Assembly (NCBI GenBank): GCA_001599295.1
Contig: BCGN01000001.1
Coordinates: 930,001 to 994,000 of the forward strand
From: Sporopachydermia quercuum
Taxonomy: Eukaryota
Direction: 5' to 3'
Length of the DNA: 64,000 nt
How positions within the stretch are numbered: the stretch's first letter is position 1; the number at the start of each line of letters is the position of its first letter. The notes beneath the pieces are model-generated. The model was not told the DNA's origin and made no database searches. It was given only the letters and a program-made list of their open reading frames with translations. Shown one piece after another: positions 1-11,747 of the stretch. The position numbers were made by a program, and so were the translations under genes.

Positions 1-1180
1 ACATGGTTTAGATTTTGTTTCATTGATCACGAACTGATCAAGGAATCATAAAGCTTACAGGTAGTGGGTAAAGTATGTAAAAAATCAAATGAATAACCAG
101 TTATCTAGAATGCTCTAGGCCTCTTACTTCCAATCAAACATGCTCAGCCTAACTACACTACCAGCAATCTGATCAAAGGTCAATTCATACGCCATTTCCC
201 CAGTTCTTTATCAACTTTAAATCTGATATGGTCTCGTTCTCAGAGCCTTGCAATGATTATTGTTCTCGTAAAATATACTGTACCATTCTAATCAGCTTAA
301 TACTNTAGCAGATTAGCAAAATCTTGACTTTTCAAGAAGACTTCCGCACGCTATTAAGGTTCGATATGCCTCCATAAACTTTATTCTCGAACTTAATATT
401 GTTCGTGTTCACATTTGGCAAAGACTCTCTCACATCATAGGGTCTTGCACAATTCTCATTAAAAGAGACTCTTATTGTAATTGAAAACCGTTCCCCTTTT
501 TCCTAATACGGCATTATCCTCTGTCACTTATTAACCATTGATTCAATAGGGTCTGGATCAAATTCTCGACATTACCTCTTTTGGGAAAGTTACAAAATAA
601 ATATGTGTGAATGGAGAACATTTGGTTTCAAAAAAGTATGTCTACTCAAAAACAGTTGTTTCCTTCCAAAAATCCCTTTATTATTTTCATTTTAATTTTA
701 TGAAAGCTCTCTTTACTTCATCTTTTTCTAATATATGAGGTTGCTTTTGAAAAGGAATATTAATTAGGAAGAGCACTTCAAATTCTGAGTTAGTTTAACT
801 GTATAGAATCAAGTTCACCGAAAGCATTTGATTGATCACCAAAAGCGTGTCTCCTTTGAAGATATATAGACTATTACTAAGTCAGAAAGAAGAAAAGAGA
901 ACCCCAAACAAAACAATAAAATAGCGGAAGAACATTGATCAAACGCTCATTTTCGACATCAATATCTATAAACGCTCTATTGGAGTTCCCAGTCGAGGCA
1001 ACAATCGAATAACAATTAGTAAAAACGGTACACTGACCCTTATACAATCATTTATCGAAACTGCTAATTGAATTCACTGTTGATTCACATATAACTGAGG
1101 GCAAAGTGCAAATTATCTTGAATCAAAGACAAATTGAAACTTTCACTTTTCTGCAAACAACATAGAACAACTCTAACAAT

Positions 1181-3700
1181 ATGAAGGCGTCATCTTTATT
1201 ACTATCAGGTCTCCAATTGACAACTGTGGCTTATGCCTTTTCCTTCCCTAATATCTTTGGTGGCGCACAAGATGAAACAACATCATTAGAAATAACACAA
1301 GCCGAGAGGAACAGCCTTTTTTACTCAAATAGAACTTCAGGAGTCCAAGAATTTTCTGAAGTTCAATCAACTATCACAAAACAAATTTCAATAACGTTAT
1401 CTCAATCAGGAACTGAAGAAACATCAACCAAATCTGGTGATTCCCTAGATGACAGTGACGAAGTGTTCTATGATATCTCAAGTGATATAGCAGTTTTCCC
1501 AACAGCAAGCCAAGCTGAACTTGAAGGAAGTAGCAGTAGTAGTAGTAGTTCGCGCGAGGCAACTGTTTCTTCAAGTGATGTAACTCATACCATAACTACT
1601 ATCGAAATCACGGATATCAATACTGACTATTCTCAGCCTACTGACTTACCCATTTCTTCCACTGATGAAGACGATGAAGACGATGAAGACGATGAAGATG
1701 GATTCGGAACTTTTACATCTGAAAGTCTATTTGCTTCAAGTATTTCCACAGAGCAGGAATACACCGAAACCTCAGTTATTGAACCCACCGAAAGTTCAAG
1801 TAAAGAGCCAGATGTGAGCTTCACAGATGTGCCTGTTGTATCAACAACAGAAATGCCTATTGAATCATCAACAGAAATGCCTATTGTCTCATCATCAACA
1901 GAGGTTCCTATCATATCTTCATCAACTGTGGAACCTGTTGTATCAACAACAGAAATGCCTATTGAATCATCAACAGAGATGCCTATTGTATCATCATCAA
2001 CAGAGGTTCCTATCATATCTTCATCAACTGTGGAACCTGTCATTAGTTCAATTGAGGAACCTACCGTCACTCCAACTGAAGAGCCAATTGTTAATCCGAC
2101 AGAGGAACCCACGGAAACAGAGGAACCAGTCATTTCGACTGAGAAACCATCCACAGTTTCAACAGAAGTACCTGTGCCTAGTACTACGGAGGGACCGACA
2201 GAAAGCTCTACTAAAGTGATTCAACTTATTACTACTGCCGGCGAAAATACCCCTGAAACCACATTTATCCCCGTGGGAACTGAAGAAAGTACAACATCTT
2301 CAAAACTTCCAGTTGTATCTTCTGCTGTCTCCGAACCTCAACCCAAACTTCCATCGACATCAGAAGAACCTATTACTATCTCAAAAATTTCTGTCATTGC
2401 TGATCCATCAACAACTGCCGAAATCTCAGAAATTGCGAGTAGCGGTACAACAGCTGAACCTGTACCATCTTCAACTTCAAATGCTATTATAGAAGAATCT
2501 TCTCTTCTCTCGTTATCTCCTTCTACATCAGCCCAAGAAGTTTCAGAAACACTTACTCCTCCTCCTTCGCCAACCAAAACCCTTACTACTGCCAAAAGCA
2601 CGTCTACTTTATCATCAGCATCAGCAACAGGTACAGCAACTGAATGGTTACCAGAAGCAATTATAACACAGCTTTCTACCTCGGCTTCTCAGACAACTGG
2701 AGAAACTGCAGCTGTGACTGGTTTACCTAAAGTAATTGCTCCTAATGCGAACGTTGAATCACCGAATAACTCATCTGTTATTGGTTTGGCATTCCGGTCT
2801 GCTTTGAACTATCGCTTCCTCTACGAAAATCCATTATCAGTAGCACAGATTTTCCAATATTTACCAAAGGCTTTGAGCTATCCGTTCCAAGAGGTTATTG
2901 ATGTCAATAATCTATCGAATTATTTGCTTGTTTCAGAATTAGTTCCTTATACTGCCAATGATCTAGAATATATTGTTGCTGTTGCTAATATATATTTCCC
3001 GAAGGAGCTCATTCCCTCCTTACAAGCACAACTAGTGAATGAATCATCTCCATTGTACAACAATCCTAGTAGCACACAAAGTACTTTGATATCACTGATT
3101 GATACAAGGTTTTCGATTTCGGATTTGACTTCAGTTTCAGCCGATACACGTGGTGCCAATTCAGAATCCAGAACAGGAGACTCATCAAATAATGATTCCG
3201 ATGGTGAGGAGAATGGAAACTCAACTGAAGGCTCCTCCCAAGTTTTAGGCTCTATGGATTCAGCTTGGTCAAAAGCCTCTGCTGGAACCACTGGTGGTGT
3301 TTCTGGCTCGTCGTCTTCGTCATCGTCGAAAACTATTGCCGTAACTGTTGGTACTGTTGGTGGTGTAACTGTCTATGCAGTTATTGTCTGGTTGATTATT
3401 CGTCGTCGGAAGGCTAAAAAGAGAGCAGAATTGGAAAAGAAGCTACAGCAAGAAGAAAGCGAAAACAATGATAGTTATAGTTTCTACCACGATGAAAAAT
3501 CACAACATTCTGCTGAATCTAGAGATAGTGATGAAGTTAAAAGTAATCATACTGTGGCCACTTCAGTTTCTGAAAAGTTCAGAAGAAGCATCTTGGGACT
3601 AAATGTTTTCAAGACTCACAATTCAAATAACAGTGCCTCAAGTGTGATTCCTTCAATTTCATACCCAATAAACTCTGAAAACTCTCTTGGCTGGGTTTAA
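1181..3700 (+). CDS. MSB2: Signalling mucin, Msb2/Hkr1 family (839 aa)
   Basis: Signal peptide, long Ser/Thr/Pro/Glu-rich repeat region, HMH-like domain (LNYRFLYENPLSVAQIFQYLP), one TM helix followed by RRRK, and the conserved tail ISYPINSENSLGW. Confidence 0.85.
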   Translation: MKASSLLLSGLQLTTVAYAFSFPNIFGGAQDETTSLEITQAERNSLFYSNRTSGVQEFSEVQSTITKQISITLSQSGTEETSTKSGDSLDDSDEVFYDISSDIAVFPTASQAELEGSSSSSSSSREATVSSSDVTHTITTIEITDINTDYSQPTDLPISSTDEDDEDDEDDEDGFGTFTSESLFASSISTEQEYTETSVIEPTESSSKEPDVSFTDVPVVSTTEMPIESSTEMPIVSSSTEVPIISSSTVEPVVSTTEMPIESSTEMPIVSSSTEVPIISSSTVEPVISSIEEPTVTPTEEPIVNPTEEPTETEEPVISTEKPSTVSTEVPVPSTTEGPTESSTKVIQLITTAGENTPETTFIPVGTEESTTSSKLPVVSSAVSEPQPKLPSTSEEPITISKISVIADPSTTAEISEIASSGTTAEPVPSSTSNAIIEESSLLSLSPSTSAQEVSETLTPPPSPTKTLTTAKSTSTLSSASATGTATEWLPEAIITQLSTSASQTTGETAAVTGLPKVIAPNANVESPNNSSVIGLAFRSALNYRFLYENPLSVAQIFQYLPKALSYPFQEVIDVNNLSNYLLVSELVPYTANDLEYIVAVANIYFPKELIPSLQAQLVNESSPLYNNPSSTQSTLISLIDTRFSISDLTSVSADTRGANSESRTGDSSNNDSDGEENGNSTEGSSQVLGSMDSAWSKASAGTTGGVSGSSSSSSSKTIAVTVGTVGGVTVYAVIVWLIIRRRKAKKRAELEKKLQQEESENNDSYSFYHDEKSQHSAESRDSDEVKSNHTVATSVSEKFRRSILGLNVFKTHNSNNSASSVIPSISYPINSENSLGWV
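1832..2040 (+). repeat. Intragenic tandem duplication, 102-nt unit (34 aa) x2, built from 8-9 aa PxxSSTE subunits
   Basis: Units start at 1832 and 1934, with a third stub at 2036. The two copies differ at only two synonymous sites. Confidence 0.95.
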
Positions 3701-4228
3701 CCAACATAACACTTTGAAGCAATTGATGCATGTTTTGATGACTATGCTCTTTTCACTTCTCAACCTTGTATATTAGTTTATTATATATTAAAAGAATACA
3801 TATTTTTGTACTATTAGTTCTCATATCCTATTGTAAGCATGTATACTTACTTATACTAACATTTAGTTATTATACTGCCTGAGTGTATTTGCTTTGGTTT
3901 TTATCTACTTCGTCTTATATCGCATACGTCACATGACAAGCAAAATTTAAATTCCTGCTCAAACATGCATATTTTAAGCACCTTATTTATTCCAGATTAC
4001 ATAATCTGAATATGATCCCTATTCTCATCTCCCCACTGATAAGAATTCATTCTCCCTTTGCTAAGACATCCTGGTGGTTTTGCTCCATAATAACTCAACC
4101 CTTATAATCTACGCATCCATTGTTTTTGCTGGTNCAATCATCAATATAAACGAAACAACTGATCCACAATCCACCTTTATTGGATTGATCAACTGGTTTT
4201 TTGATAAAAGTTTCATTTTCCTGCAAGT

Positions 4229-7003
4229 ATGAAATCGTCTCCTATGATATGTCTTAATCTTAAGACTACTGACGATGTAGACTGGACAACACCTCTTAGA
4301 AGGTACATAGCCAGAATATATGGCTCTTACGATTCATTTGTAGAAGAAACAGTAGAAATGAATAAGATGCGGCAAGATATGAGAGGTGCAGGTAAAGATA
4401 GTACAGGAGCAGATATTCTATTGAAGTACTTTATGCAATTAGAACTCTTGGACCTTAGAGTACCTATAGAGAAGCAAGGGTGCAATATTGTGTTTACCTG
4501 GTATGATAGTATGAATCATAAAAGTGCAAGCCAGCATTCTCTAGCATTTGAAAAAGCGTCAACATTGTTTAATTTGGCTGNAGTTTATTCTCATATTGGC
4601 TCGGATACTGATGATCTGAAATTAGCATATCAATCATTTCAAACAGCTGCTGGTATATTTGCTTTCATAGCGGAAAATTTCCTACACGCTCCTAGTACTG
4701 ATTTACATCAAGAGACAGTCAAAGCATTGAACAAGTTACTAATTGCTCAAGCTCAAGAAGTTTTTGTCTCTAGACTACTAGCTGAAGGTACAGGAAAGAA
4801 GACATTAGTTGCAAAACTAGCTAAAGGATGTAGTACTTTATATTCTAGTGCTGCTGATCTACTGGAAAAAGTAGTATTTGATAGTTGGGCTCCTTATTCA
4901 TGGAAATCTTATTGCCAAACCAAATCGCAGTACTATTTAGCTATTGCTTTTCATCAACAAGCACTTGCTGTTTCTGAGACTAAACCTGGTGAAGCTATTG
5001 CATATCTCTCATTAGCTAAAACTGCAATGACTGAAGCGTTATCAAAACCTGTACCAAGTGAATTCTCAACTTTTTCTGAGACCATTAAAAACTCTTCTGA
5101 AACATTGAATCATGATACAACCGCGTTGGAGAAAGACAATGATTTTATTTTTCATGCTGTAGTTCCTCCTACTACTGCTCTACCTGAATTAGCAGGTGTG
5201 GAAGCAGCTAAACCTACAAATTTCAGAGAAACTGGAATGGAAGTGAAAATCAAGGATATTTTTGAGAAATTGATTCCTTTGTCAGTGCACGAAAAATCAA
5301 GTTTATACTCTGAAGAACAAGCTAAGCTTATTAGAAGCGAAGGTGAAAAACTGGAAATTGCTGATCAAGAGTTAGTTTCTGTGTTAGAGTATTTGGACCT
5401 TCCTAATAGTTTGAACGAGATTAGAAGATCTCTCAATGGAGAAACCGCTGAGAATGAATTCTATAGTTTGCAACATAGTTCTGATGTTGACTCTAAAGTA
5501 ATTTCTTGGGCAACCGAAGTTCACAATGGACCTGTGGTATCATTAACCAAGTTATCAACTACTAGGAACAAGTGTCTCACAGTTATACAGAATGCGAAAA
5601 GTGCTCTAATAAATGAGGAAGATGAGTATAACTCGATGAAAGCAAAATATAGTAATAAATGGACTCAAGGACCATCTTCTTACTACAATAGTACTTTGTT
5701 CACTGATTTGACTAAAGCAACTCAAAGCTTAGCGGACGCTACTGATTCAGATCGTCAATTGGAAAGAATGCTTGGTGACAATCAAAAGTTCATTGATATA
5801 CTTCAAGCTGGGCCTGATAATGATGTTTTAGTTAATATGTTCCAAGATGCTAAATCTGCAACCAAAAATAATAGTAGTTCTAATACATCTGCTAGTATCA
5901 ATCTATTGGATTTAGGACCCACCAATCCTACGGAAAGCGCTAATGGTAAAATAGATGCAGTTGAGAAAATCCTAGTTGACTTGAATCTACTAAAGAAAGA
6001 ACGCGATACAACGTNCAAAGAGTTAAAGGAAAAAGTTCATTGTGATGACATCTCGGACAAACTGATTCTTAGTAAACGAGAAGATGGGGCAGAAGAAAAG
6101 CTCTTTAAGGAAGCTTTGAGTAAATTTGATCCTTATGTTAATAGACTGGCTGCCTCAGTGTATAAGCAAGAAGAAGATCTGAAACAACTGAAAGATCTCT
6201 GGAAACAGATATTGAGTGATAGTAAAGTGAAAGACTCTAGAGCTAACTATCTTGCTAGCAAACAGAAATACAAGCAGCTAGTTGATCGGTTTGGGAGAGC
6301 TTATGAAGTATGGAAGCAATCGCAAAGCGGATACAGTAATGGGCTGGAATTCTATGAGAATTTATATTCATTTGTTGATTCAGTGAATAATAATGTTAGT
6401 AAGTTTGTTGCTAGTAGAAGAAACGAAGGATTAAATCTAGTGCAGACAATTGAATCGGCGGAGCATCCACCAACAAGACCAATTGATCTAAGTCATGATT
6501 TTCAGAATTTAGGTATCTCTGGTGTTAATTCTAGCAGTAATAGTAATATCAATAATAGGATCACTATGAACAACAGCCCAGCACCTCCTGTTGNTAGCTT
6601 TAATACCAGATCGTCACCACAAGTTCCACCTATTCCTCAAAAGCCTTCATACAATGCACCTGTTTACTCATCACATGTTCAATGGAATGTTCAACAACCT
6701 CCTGCCCCACCTGGACCTCCCAGTGCTCCTCCAGCAGGTCACTATCAAACGTTCAATCCAGCTTTACCAGCTTTACCAGCTAAGCCTCCACAGCCACCGG
6801 TCAATGCTCTGCCTGGTTCTTTCAACCAGCAGTATTCTGGTGCTTATAGTGGCGCCCAATCACATTATGCAACTCCTTCTACATATAATAACGATATGTA
6901 TAATGGAAATCCTAATGATAACCATACTGGCAATCAGAATCCTAATAGGTTTAATCAAGGGTCTAATCCAACTTATGCGCAACCATATGATCCTTATAGG
7001 TGA
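4229..7003 (+). CDS. BRO1: ESCRT accessory protein Bro1 (BRO1 domain, V domain, Pro-rich tail)
   Basis: Motifs SQHSLAFEKASTLFN, NFLHAPSTDL, EKDNDFIFH and SLYSEEQAKLIR. The Pro-rich C-terminus favours Bro1 over Rim20. Confidence 0.93.
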   Translation: MKSSPMICLNLKTTDDVDWTTPLRRYIARIYGSYDSFVEETVEMNKMRQDMRGAGKDSTGADILLKYFMQLELLDLRVPIEKQGCNIVFTWYDSMNHKSASQHSLAFEKASTLFNLAXVYSHIGSDTDDLKLAYQSFQTAAGIFAFIAENFLHAPSTDLHQETVKALNKLLIAQAQEVFVSRLLAEGTGKKTLVAKLAKGCSTLYSSAADLLEKVVFDSWAPYSWKSYCQTKSQYYLAIAFHQQALAVSETKPGEAIAYLSLAKTAMTEALSKPVPSEFSTFSETIKNSSETLNHDTTALEKDNDFIFHAVVPPTTALPELAGVEAAKPTNFRETGMEVKIKDIFEKLIPLSVHEKSSLYSEEQAKLIRSEGEKLEIADQELVSVLEYLDLPNSLNEIRRSLNGETAENEFYSLQHSSDVDSKVISWATEVHNGPVVSLTKLSTTRNKCLTVIQNAKSALINEEDEYNSMKAKYSNKWTQGPSSYYNSTLFTDLTKATQSLADATDSDRQLERMLGDNQKFIDILQAGPDNDVLVNMFQDAKSATKNNSSSNTSASINLLDLGPTNPTESANGKIDAVEKILVDLNLLKKERDTTXKELKEKVHCDDISDKLILSKREDGAEEKLFKEALSKFDPYVNRLAASVYKQEEDLKQLKDLWKQILSDSKVKDSRANYLASKQKYKQLVDRFGRAYEVWKQSQSGYSNGLEFYENLYSFVDSVNNNVSKFVASRRNEGLNLVQTIESAEHPPTRPIDLSHDFQNLGISGVNSSSNSNINNRITMNNSPAPPVXSFNTRSSPQVPPIPQKPSYNAPVYSSHVQWNVQQPPAPPGPPSAPPAGHYQTFNPALPALPAKPPQPPVNALPGSFNQQYSGAYSGAQSHYATPSTYNNDMYNGNPNDNHTGNQNPNRFNQGSNPTYAQPYDPYR

Positions 7004-7336
7004 ATGTTGAAAGATTGTTTTGTCTGATTCTTTTTTGGAGAATAGTGATAGTGTTGGTTGTCCTATTATATATATATATATCTATATATAAGTTTGTATG
7101 TATGTGGTGACAAAATATGAGTTTACCCTTTTCTTTTATTTTGGTTTTTTCTCATTAGTGAAATTTTTTGCTGGTGTAAATTATATCATATATACTAGGC
7201 ATGTAATTATCATTATTATATACATCATAAATACAATTTATATACTTCTGTTTCTATTTCCATTCATATTACACCCATGTTGATCATCATCATAATCATC
7301 ATATGACTTATAAGACTCGTAAGACTCTCTCAATAC

Positions 7337-8725
7337 TCACTTTCTTCTATTCCTATTAAACCGTTTACCACCTTTACCTGTGAGATTTGACGAATTACTA
7401 CTATATACAACTTCATCAGAAAACCCTGGTTCGCTCACACGCATAAAACTAATAACTCCACAATCCACTATTGCTAAAATAACACTTCTCCACCCTTCTT
7501 TCAATCTGTTTGTCTGTACGCCAGTGTTTTTAGTTTTCTCGGAGATTTCAGCAAACGAAAACAGATGAAGTATTTCTTTCAAACATGGAATTTTTGTGTC
7601 TCTGACATTTGAAACAGACAATTGGAAATCCGGCGGTGGGGGATCGGATTTTTTGAATGTAGGTGTTGGTCTCCATATGTAATAATCAATCTTGAAATTT
7701 GATGAGAGACTAGGTGATAGTGATGAAGGTGTGTTGCTGACTATATTGTCATGAGGAGGATGATGAGCATCAATGATTCTGAGACTTTTGTATAATTGAT
7801 CTAAATGGTGGTTAGTAAATATTAGTCGATAATTAGCAACAGCATGCCAATATGACGTGTTCTATGTAAACAAGATGTCATCACAAGTAGTATTCATACC
7901 GTAATTTCTGTACTTGACATTAGTAGTATTAGCTTGATAAAAGGGGATTATTGAGAATCTTTGAGCAAAACTAGTAATTAACCAATGCCGAATGCTCAGA
8001 AAAGAAAAAAAGCGTGTCTTAATTGTTTGAAAGACTTTGAATTCGCCCAGAACTTGCCAGTATAAATAATTGAGTAGCTGATGTGTTGAAGATCTTCTTT
8101 TCGTGGTTTCCCGGTCCCCAGTCGATGTTATATCTGCTGTTCTCAAAATGCTTTTCCTTTTAGCGTTTGACACTGTAACTGTTTCTTCCCTAAGAACAAT
8201 ATATCCTAACCTTTTCAAATAACAGTACACAATATAATTATCTATCAGTTTGCTATCATCAAAAGCTAAGGCATAAACAGCCTCAACGCTTAAGTTTGTA
8301 TCAGAATCTTCCCATTTGCATTCTACACTTCCTCGTTCTACAAGATATAAAAGCTCTTCTGGCTCCAGCCATAATTCACCGGTACTATCTGCTTGTCCTA
8401 TTGCTTTGAAATGAGGACCACGTGGTCTATCGACTACTGCTTTATTCTTCTTCTCATACCATCTGGCTACGCAATGAGTTTTCTCGCCATGTTTACGATC
8501 ACCATTCAACGCTTGGATCATAGCATCTCTACTAGACTGTAAAATNCTCGATTGAACATTTGTTCCATCAGGAGCAAAATCTTTCTCTCCTCGCTTTGGA
8601 ATGGTGCCTGATCCTCCACTGACAGATGATAGATATCTCCAATCCTGCTGTTCATCACTTATATCGATGGTATCTGACTGTTTACCTATTATGGCGAATT
8701 CTGGATCTTTTTCCAAGAACGCCAT
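7337..8725 (-). CDS. SEN54: tRNA-splicing endonuclease subunit Sen54; exons 8725-7900 and 7800-7337 (~429 aa)
   Basis: IPKRGEKDFAPDGT, LEPEELLYLVERGS and YCYLKRLGYIV in exon 1. Splicing gives in-frame YRNY-DQLYKSL...WRPTPTFKKSDPPPPDF...LAIVDCGVISF. The start ATG at 8725 is inferred. Confidence 0.9.
7801..7899 (-). other. Spliceosomal intron in SEN54 (99 nt)
   Basis: GTATGA donor, TACTAAC branch site, TAG acceptor; removal restores the frame. Confidence 0.88.
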
Positions 8726-9850
8726 TTTGGATGTTACTGGGACGCTATCTAATCTGTTGAAAGTGTTTTCTGAAAGTCTGATGGTTATTTGATGCTGACA
8801 TTCCGTTCTTTTAGTGACTGTAGAAGCAAGAAACAATAAAGGAAAATGATTTCTCATGTTGGAAGGAACATATTGCTTAAGTAATTTAGGTTTATTGTAT
8901 AGTAAGCTGTAGAGGAGTTTAACTCTAATTGATTCGTTCAAATGTCACGAGAAATATTCCAAGAAGAATAATGCGAACAAGAAATAGAATTATAATAGCA
9001 ATAGAAGAAGAGCATATATAAATATATAAAAACTTGTACCATTATCATATATTTGGATTTTGGCAGTTACCTGTTTATTTCTCTCGTGAAATGATTGACT
9101 TTGACCTAATTAATATGTGATGGCATCAGATCAATGAGAGAGGTTTGTCATCTAAGTGAAAAACCAAATTAAATCAAGACATAGAACTATATAATTTCAA
9201 TCAATAGATGATGAACTGAACTGATTCGATACTTATTACAAGAGTGTCCTATCAAACGATCCAAGATATCTTTCATTATTTCACTCAAGTGTAATTTACT
9301 TCTTTTCCTTTTGTAGTTATGCATTAATTCTCTATCTCCAATATATGCATATTCTCTCTTAAACGGTCTTAGCAGCTAGAATTCACATGACGAATATTTG
9401 TCTCTCTTGAATAGTTGTCACAATGAAAAATTAAACCTTATTTACGAACAGACACAATCTCACCCAAAAAGTTAGAAGTTTTAACTACTTCATGATTAGC
9501 ACACAAGAGAGAGTAATAGTTATCCTTCTTTTTTTTACATCAAGAAAGGATAAACAAGCATTTGATCTGTTATGATTCGATTAATATTTTGGGGTTAAAC
9601 TAAATCACTTTGTCTGTTGATGCCCGTTTTTGGAACCAATTCTTGATTCCTCCAGGGACTGAGAGACAGAACATTAGCATTATATGGGCCATCTTTTTTT
9701 TCAGTCTCTGAGTGACGACCTATCTATCAGCGGAGCTGGTACACTACTAGTAGTGGTATAAAAGAATTCGTACTAATAGCAATCATAATAGTCTATATAN
9801 AATCTGTCAGAGAATATATCAAGTTTTCAAGTTTAACCGACTTTTTGAGG

Positions 9851-9930
9851 GTAAGTGTTTGATTATTTGCAAATGAATAGGTTTCATAATGCATAGGGAT
9901 ACTTTTACTGACAATGAGATGATAAGGTAG
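9851..9930 (+). other. Putative 5' UTR intron of SGF11 (80 nt)
   Basis: G|GTAAGT at 9851, TACTGAC at 9906-9912, TAG at 9928-9930; lies downstream of TATAAAAG at 9757-9764. Confidence 0.5.
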
Positions 9931-10010
9931 CTGGGTGGAAACTGGATAGACGACAGGTGAGAGTTAGGGAGAAAGAAAGGAAGAAGAAGACTAGATATAA
10001 TATTACACCA

Positions 10011-10556
10011 ATGTCATCAGAATTAGAAGAAATAGTGAGTTTTTATTTTTTCTTTCGCTTGTTGCTTATTTTGTATATTCATACTTGAATGTTAATACTT
10101 TTTGTTCTATGGATGCCTACCTTTATTAGAAACTGGTCTGGATTGGCTTTATGAGAGCAGATTGCTAACTAAATCTAGTCGATTTCGATTTTTCGAGATC
10201 TGTTAGTATCAATAACCCATGAAATAACTGCAGAGGCAATGCTAGAAGAACAAATACTAAGATCACGATATGGAGAAGTGCAAACAATAGAAGAAGCTAA
10301 AACTGAAGACGGATCATCAGATAGTAGAAGGGCACCTGGGAACAAGAAACAGAATAAGAATGGTGGACTACAAGAGGTAACAGGAAGGATAATATTCAAC
10401 TCACAGAATCTTAGTAGAGATATTTATGGGAATGAAAAATCAACTGATACGACGTACTTTCTTTGTAATAACTGTTCAAGGAAAGTTGCTGGAGGGAGAT
10501 ATGCGGCACATATTGATAGATGCTTAGGTGGTCGAAATGCAAGAAATAGAGCGTAG
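10011..10556 (+). CDS. SGF11: SAGA deubiquitination module subunit Sgf11; exons 10011-10034 and 10179-10556 (~133 aa)
   Basis: C-terminal zinc finger CNNCSRKVAGGRYAAHIDRCLG preceded by RDIYG; the spliced N-terminus reads MSSELEEI-SISIFRDLL. Confidence 0.9.
10035..10178 (+). other. Spliceosomal intron in SGF11 (144 nt)
   Basis: GTGAGT donor, TGCTAAC branch site, TAG acceptor; phase 0 and in frame. Confidence 0.85.
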
Positions 10557-10840
10557 ACTATTATGAGAATGGGAAGAAGAATAACAGAAGAAGCAAAAAG
10601 AGTAGGAATTATCAGGTTTCAAGTCATAGGTTATACATACAATTCATATATTACAATTATATATTTGCATTCACATTCCTGTACATCGTATTGGTCATTA
10701 ATTAAGATATTTCAATGGACATTTATGAGTTAATGTTCGATTTTTCGTATTAACTACTCTAAGTATGATGACACATCTTCAATGAAAAGCAGTTGTTATT
10801 GTCTTGCTTTGTTCTATCCAACTTTCTTGTTTTACTTCCT

Positions 10841-11747
10841 TCAAGCTGGTACTGTTGATTCCAAAAAATCTAGAATGTCAACAATCTCTGTGGGATTCAA
10901 ACTATGTGCCAATCCTTTATACTTCTTAAACGTTATGGAGCTTTCAGGTACATTAAAATCTTTAGTAAGAATCTCATAGAGATCATCACTCCATTCTGTC
11001 CGAATCAGATTATCATTCTCGCCATGGCCTAAATACACTTTGGACTTCCTTACTAAGTCTGATTTTCCTTTTTTTTGAAGTCCTAGTAGTGGAAAGTAAC
11101 CTGCCACTCCAATAAGACCACCATATTCAATTCCTGAGGAAACAGCTATCTATGAAATTATCAGTTAATCAATGGGCATACTTCAAATGCTAGTAAACAA
11201 AAGTACAACAATTATACGTACGAAAAAAATAACGGCGCAACCTTGGCTAAATCCACCAAGCACTATTCGTTGTGAAGGCATTCCTGCCAAAATTTCTTTG
11301 TCTACTAAAGTCTTTATATGGTCAACACTTTCCATTATTCCTTTTTTATCTTCATTTGCATAAATATCAGTTATTGATTTTATATCGTACCAGTTAGTAA
11401 TGGGCATTCCGTAGTTCTAAGCAATATTTGAGTTAGTAAACTGTCATATGAAAAGAACATTTTCTCAAAGGACAACAACAGCTTCTGGCAATGATACTTT
11501 GTCATAGAACACAATTCTTGGTTCATTCAAATATTCACTTCTCTCTTAATATCAAACATACCATTGTTAGAGGTTGCTTCTTAGCACCGGGGAAAATAAA
11601 TTTTATATGATCTAGGGCGCTCCGTTTCCTTGCTTCTTCAGCAAGGAAAACCCACCCTTCAGCACAGTCACCTAAGCCATGTAGAAAAATCACGGTCGCA
11701 GTATTTTCCTTGCTTTTTGCTGGTACCACCACAGGTTCAGGAAACAT
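10841..11747 (-). CDS. Acyl-protein thioesterase 1 / lysophospholipase-like alpha/beta hydrolase (YLR118C-like); exons 11747-11562, 11416-11222, 11149-10841 (~229 aa)
   Basis: [27 protein letters not shown] (Ser), GHGENDNLI (Asp) and GLAHS (His) join in frame across two introns. Confidence 0.9.
11150..11221 (-). other. Intron 2 of the thioesterase gene (72 nt)
   Basis: GTACGT ... GATTAAC ... CATAG; restores CAVIFF-IAVSSG. Confidence 0.8.
11417..11561 (-). other. Intron 1 of the thioesterase gene (145 nt)
   Basis: GTATGT ... TACTAAC ... TAG. Confidence 0.88.

Noticed and set aside
3928..3937. GTCACATGAC matches CDEI (RTCACRTG), suggesting a point centromere
   Set aside because: No >90% AT CDEII or CCG-containing CDEIII at the expected distance; more likely a bHLH site in the BRO1 promoter.
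8726..8941. N-terminal extension of the SEN54 ORF from a TTG start
   Set aside because: The non-ATG start is an ORF-caller artefact and conserved sequence begins after ATG 8725; an upstream in-frame ATG cannot be fully excluded.
9200..9230. ATGATGA...CTGA as a box C/D snoRNA
   Set aside because: Boxes are too close together, with no terminal stem or recognisable rRNA guide.
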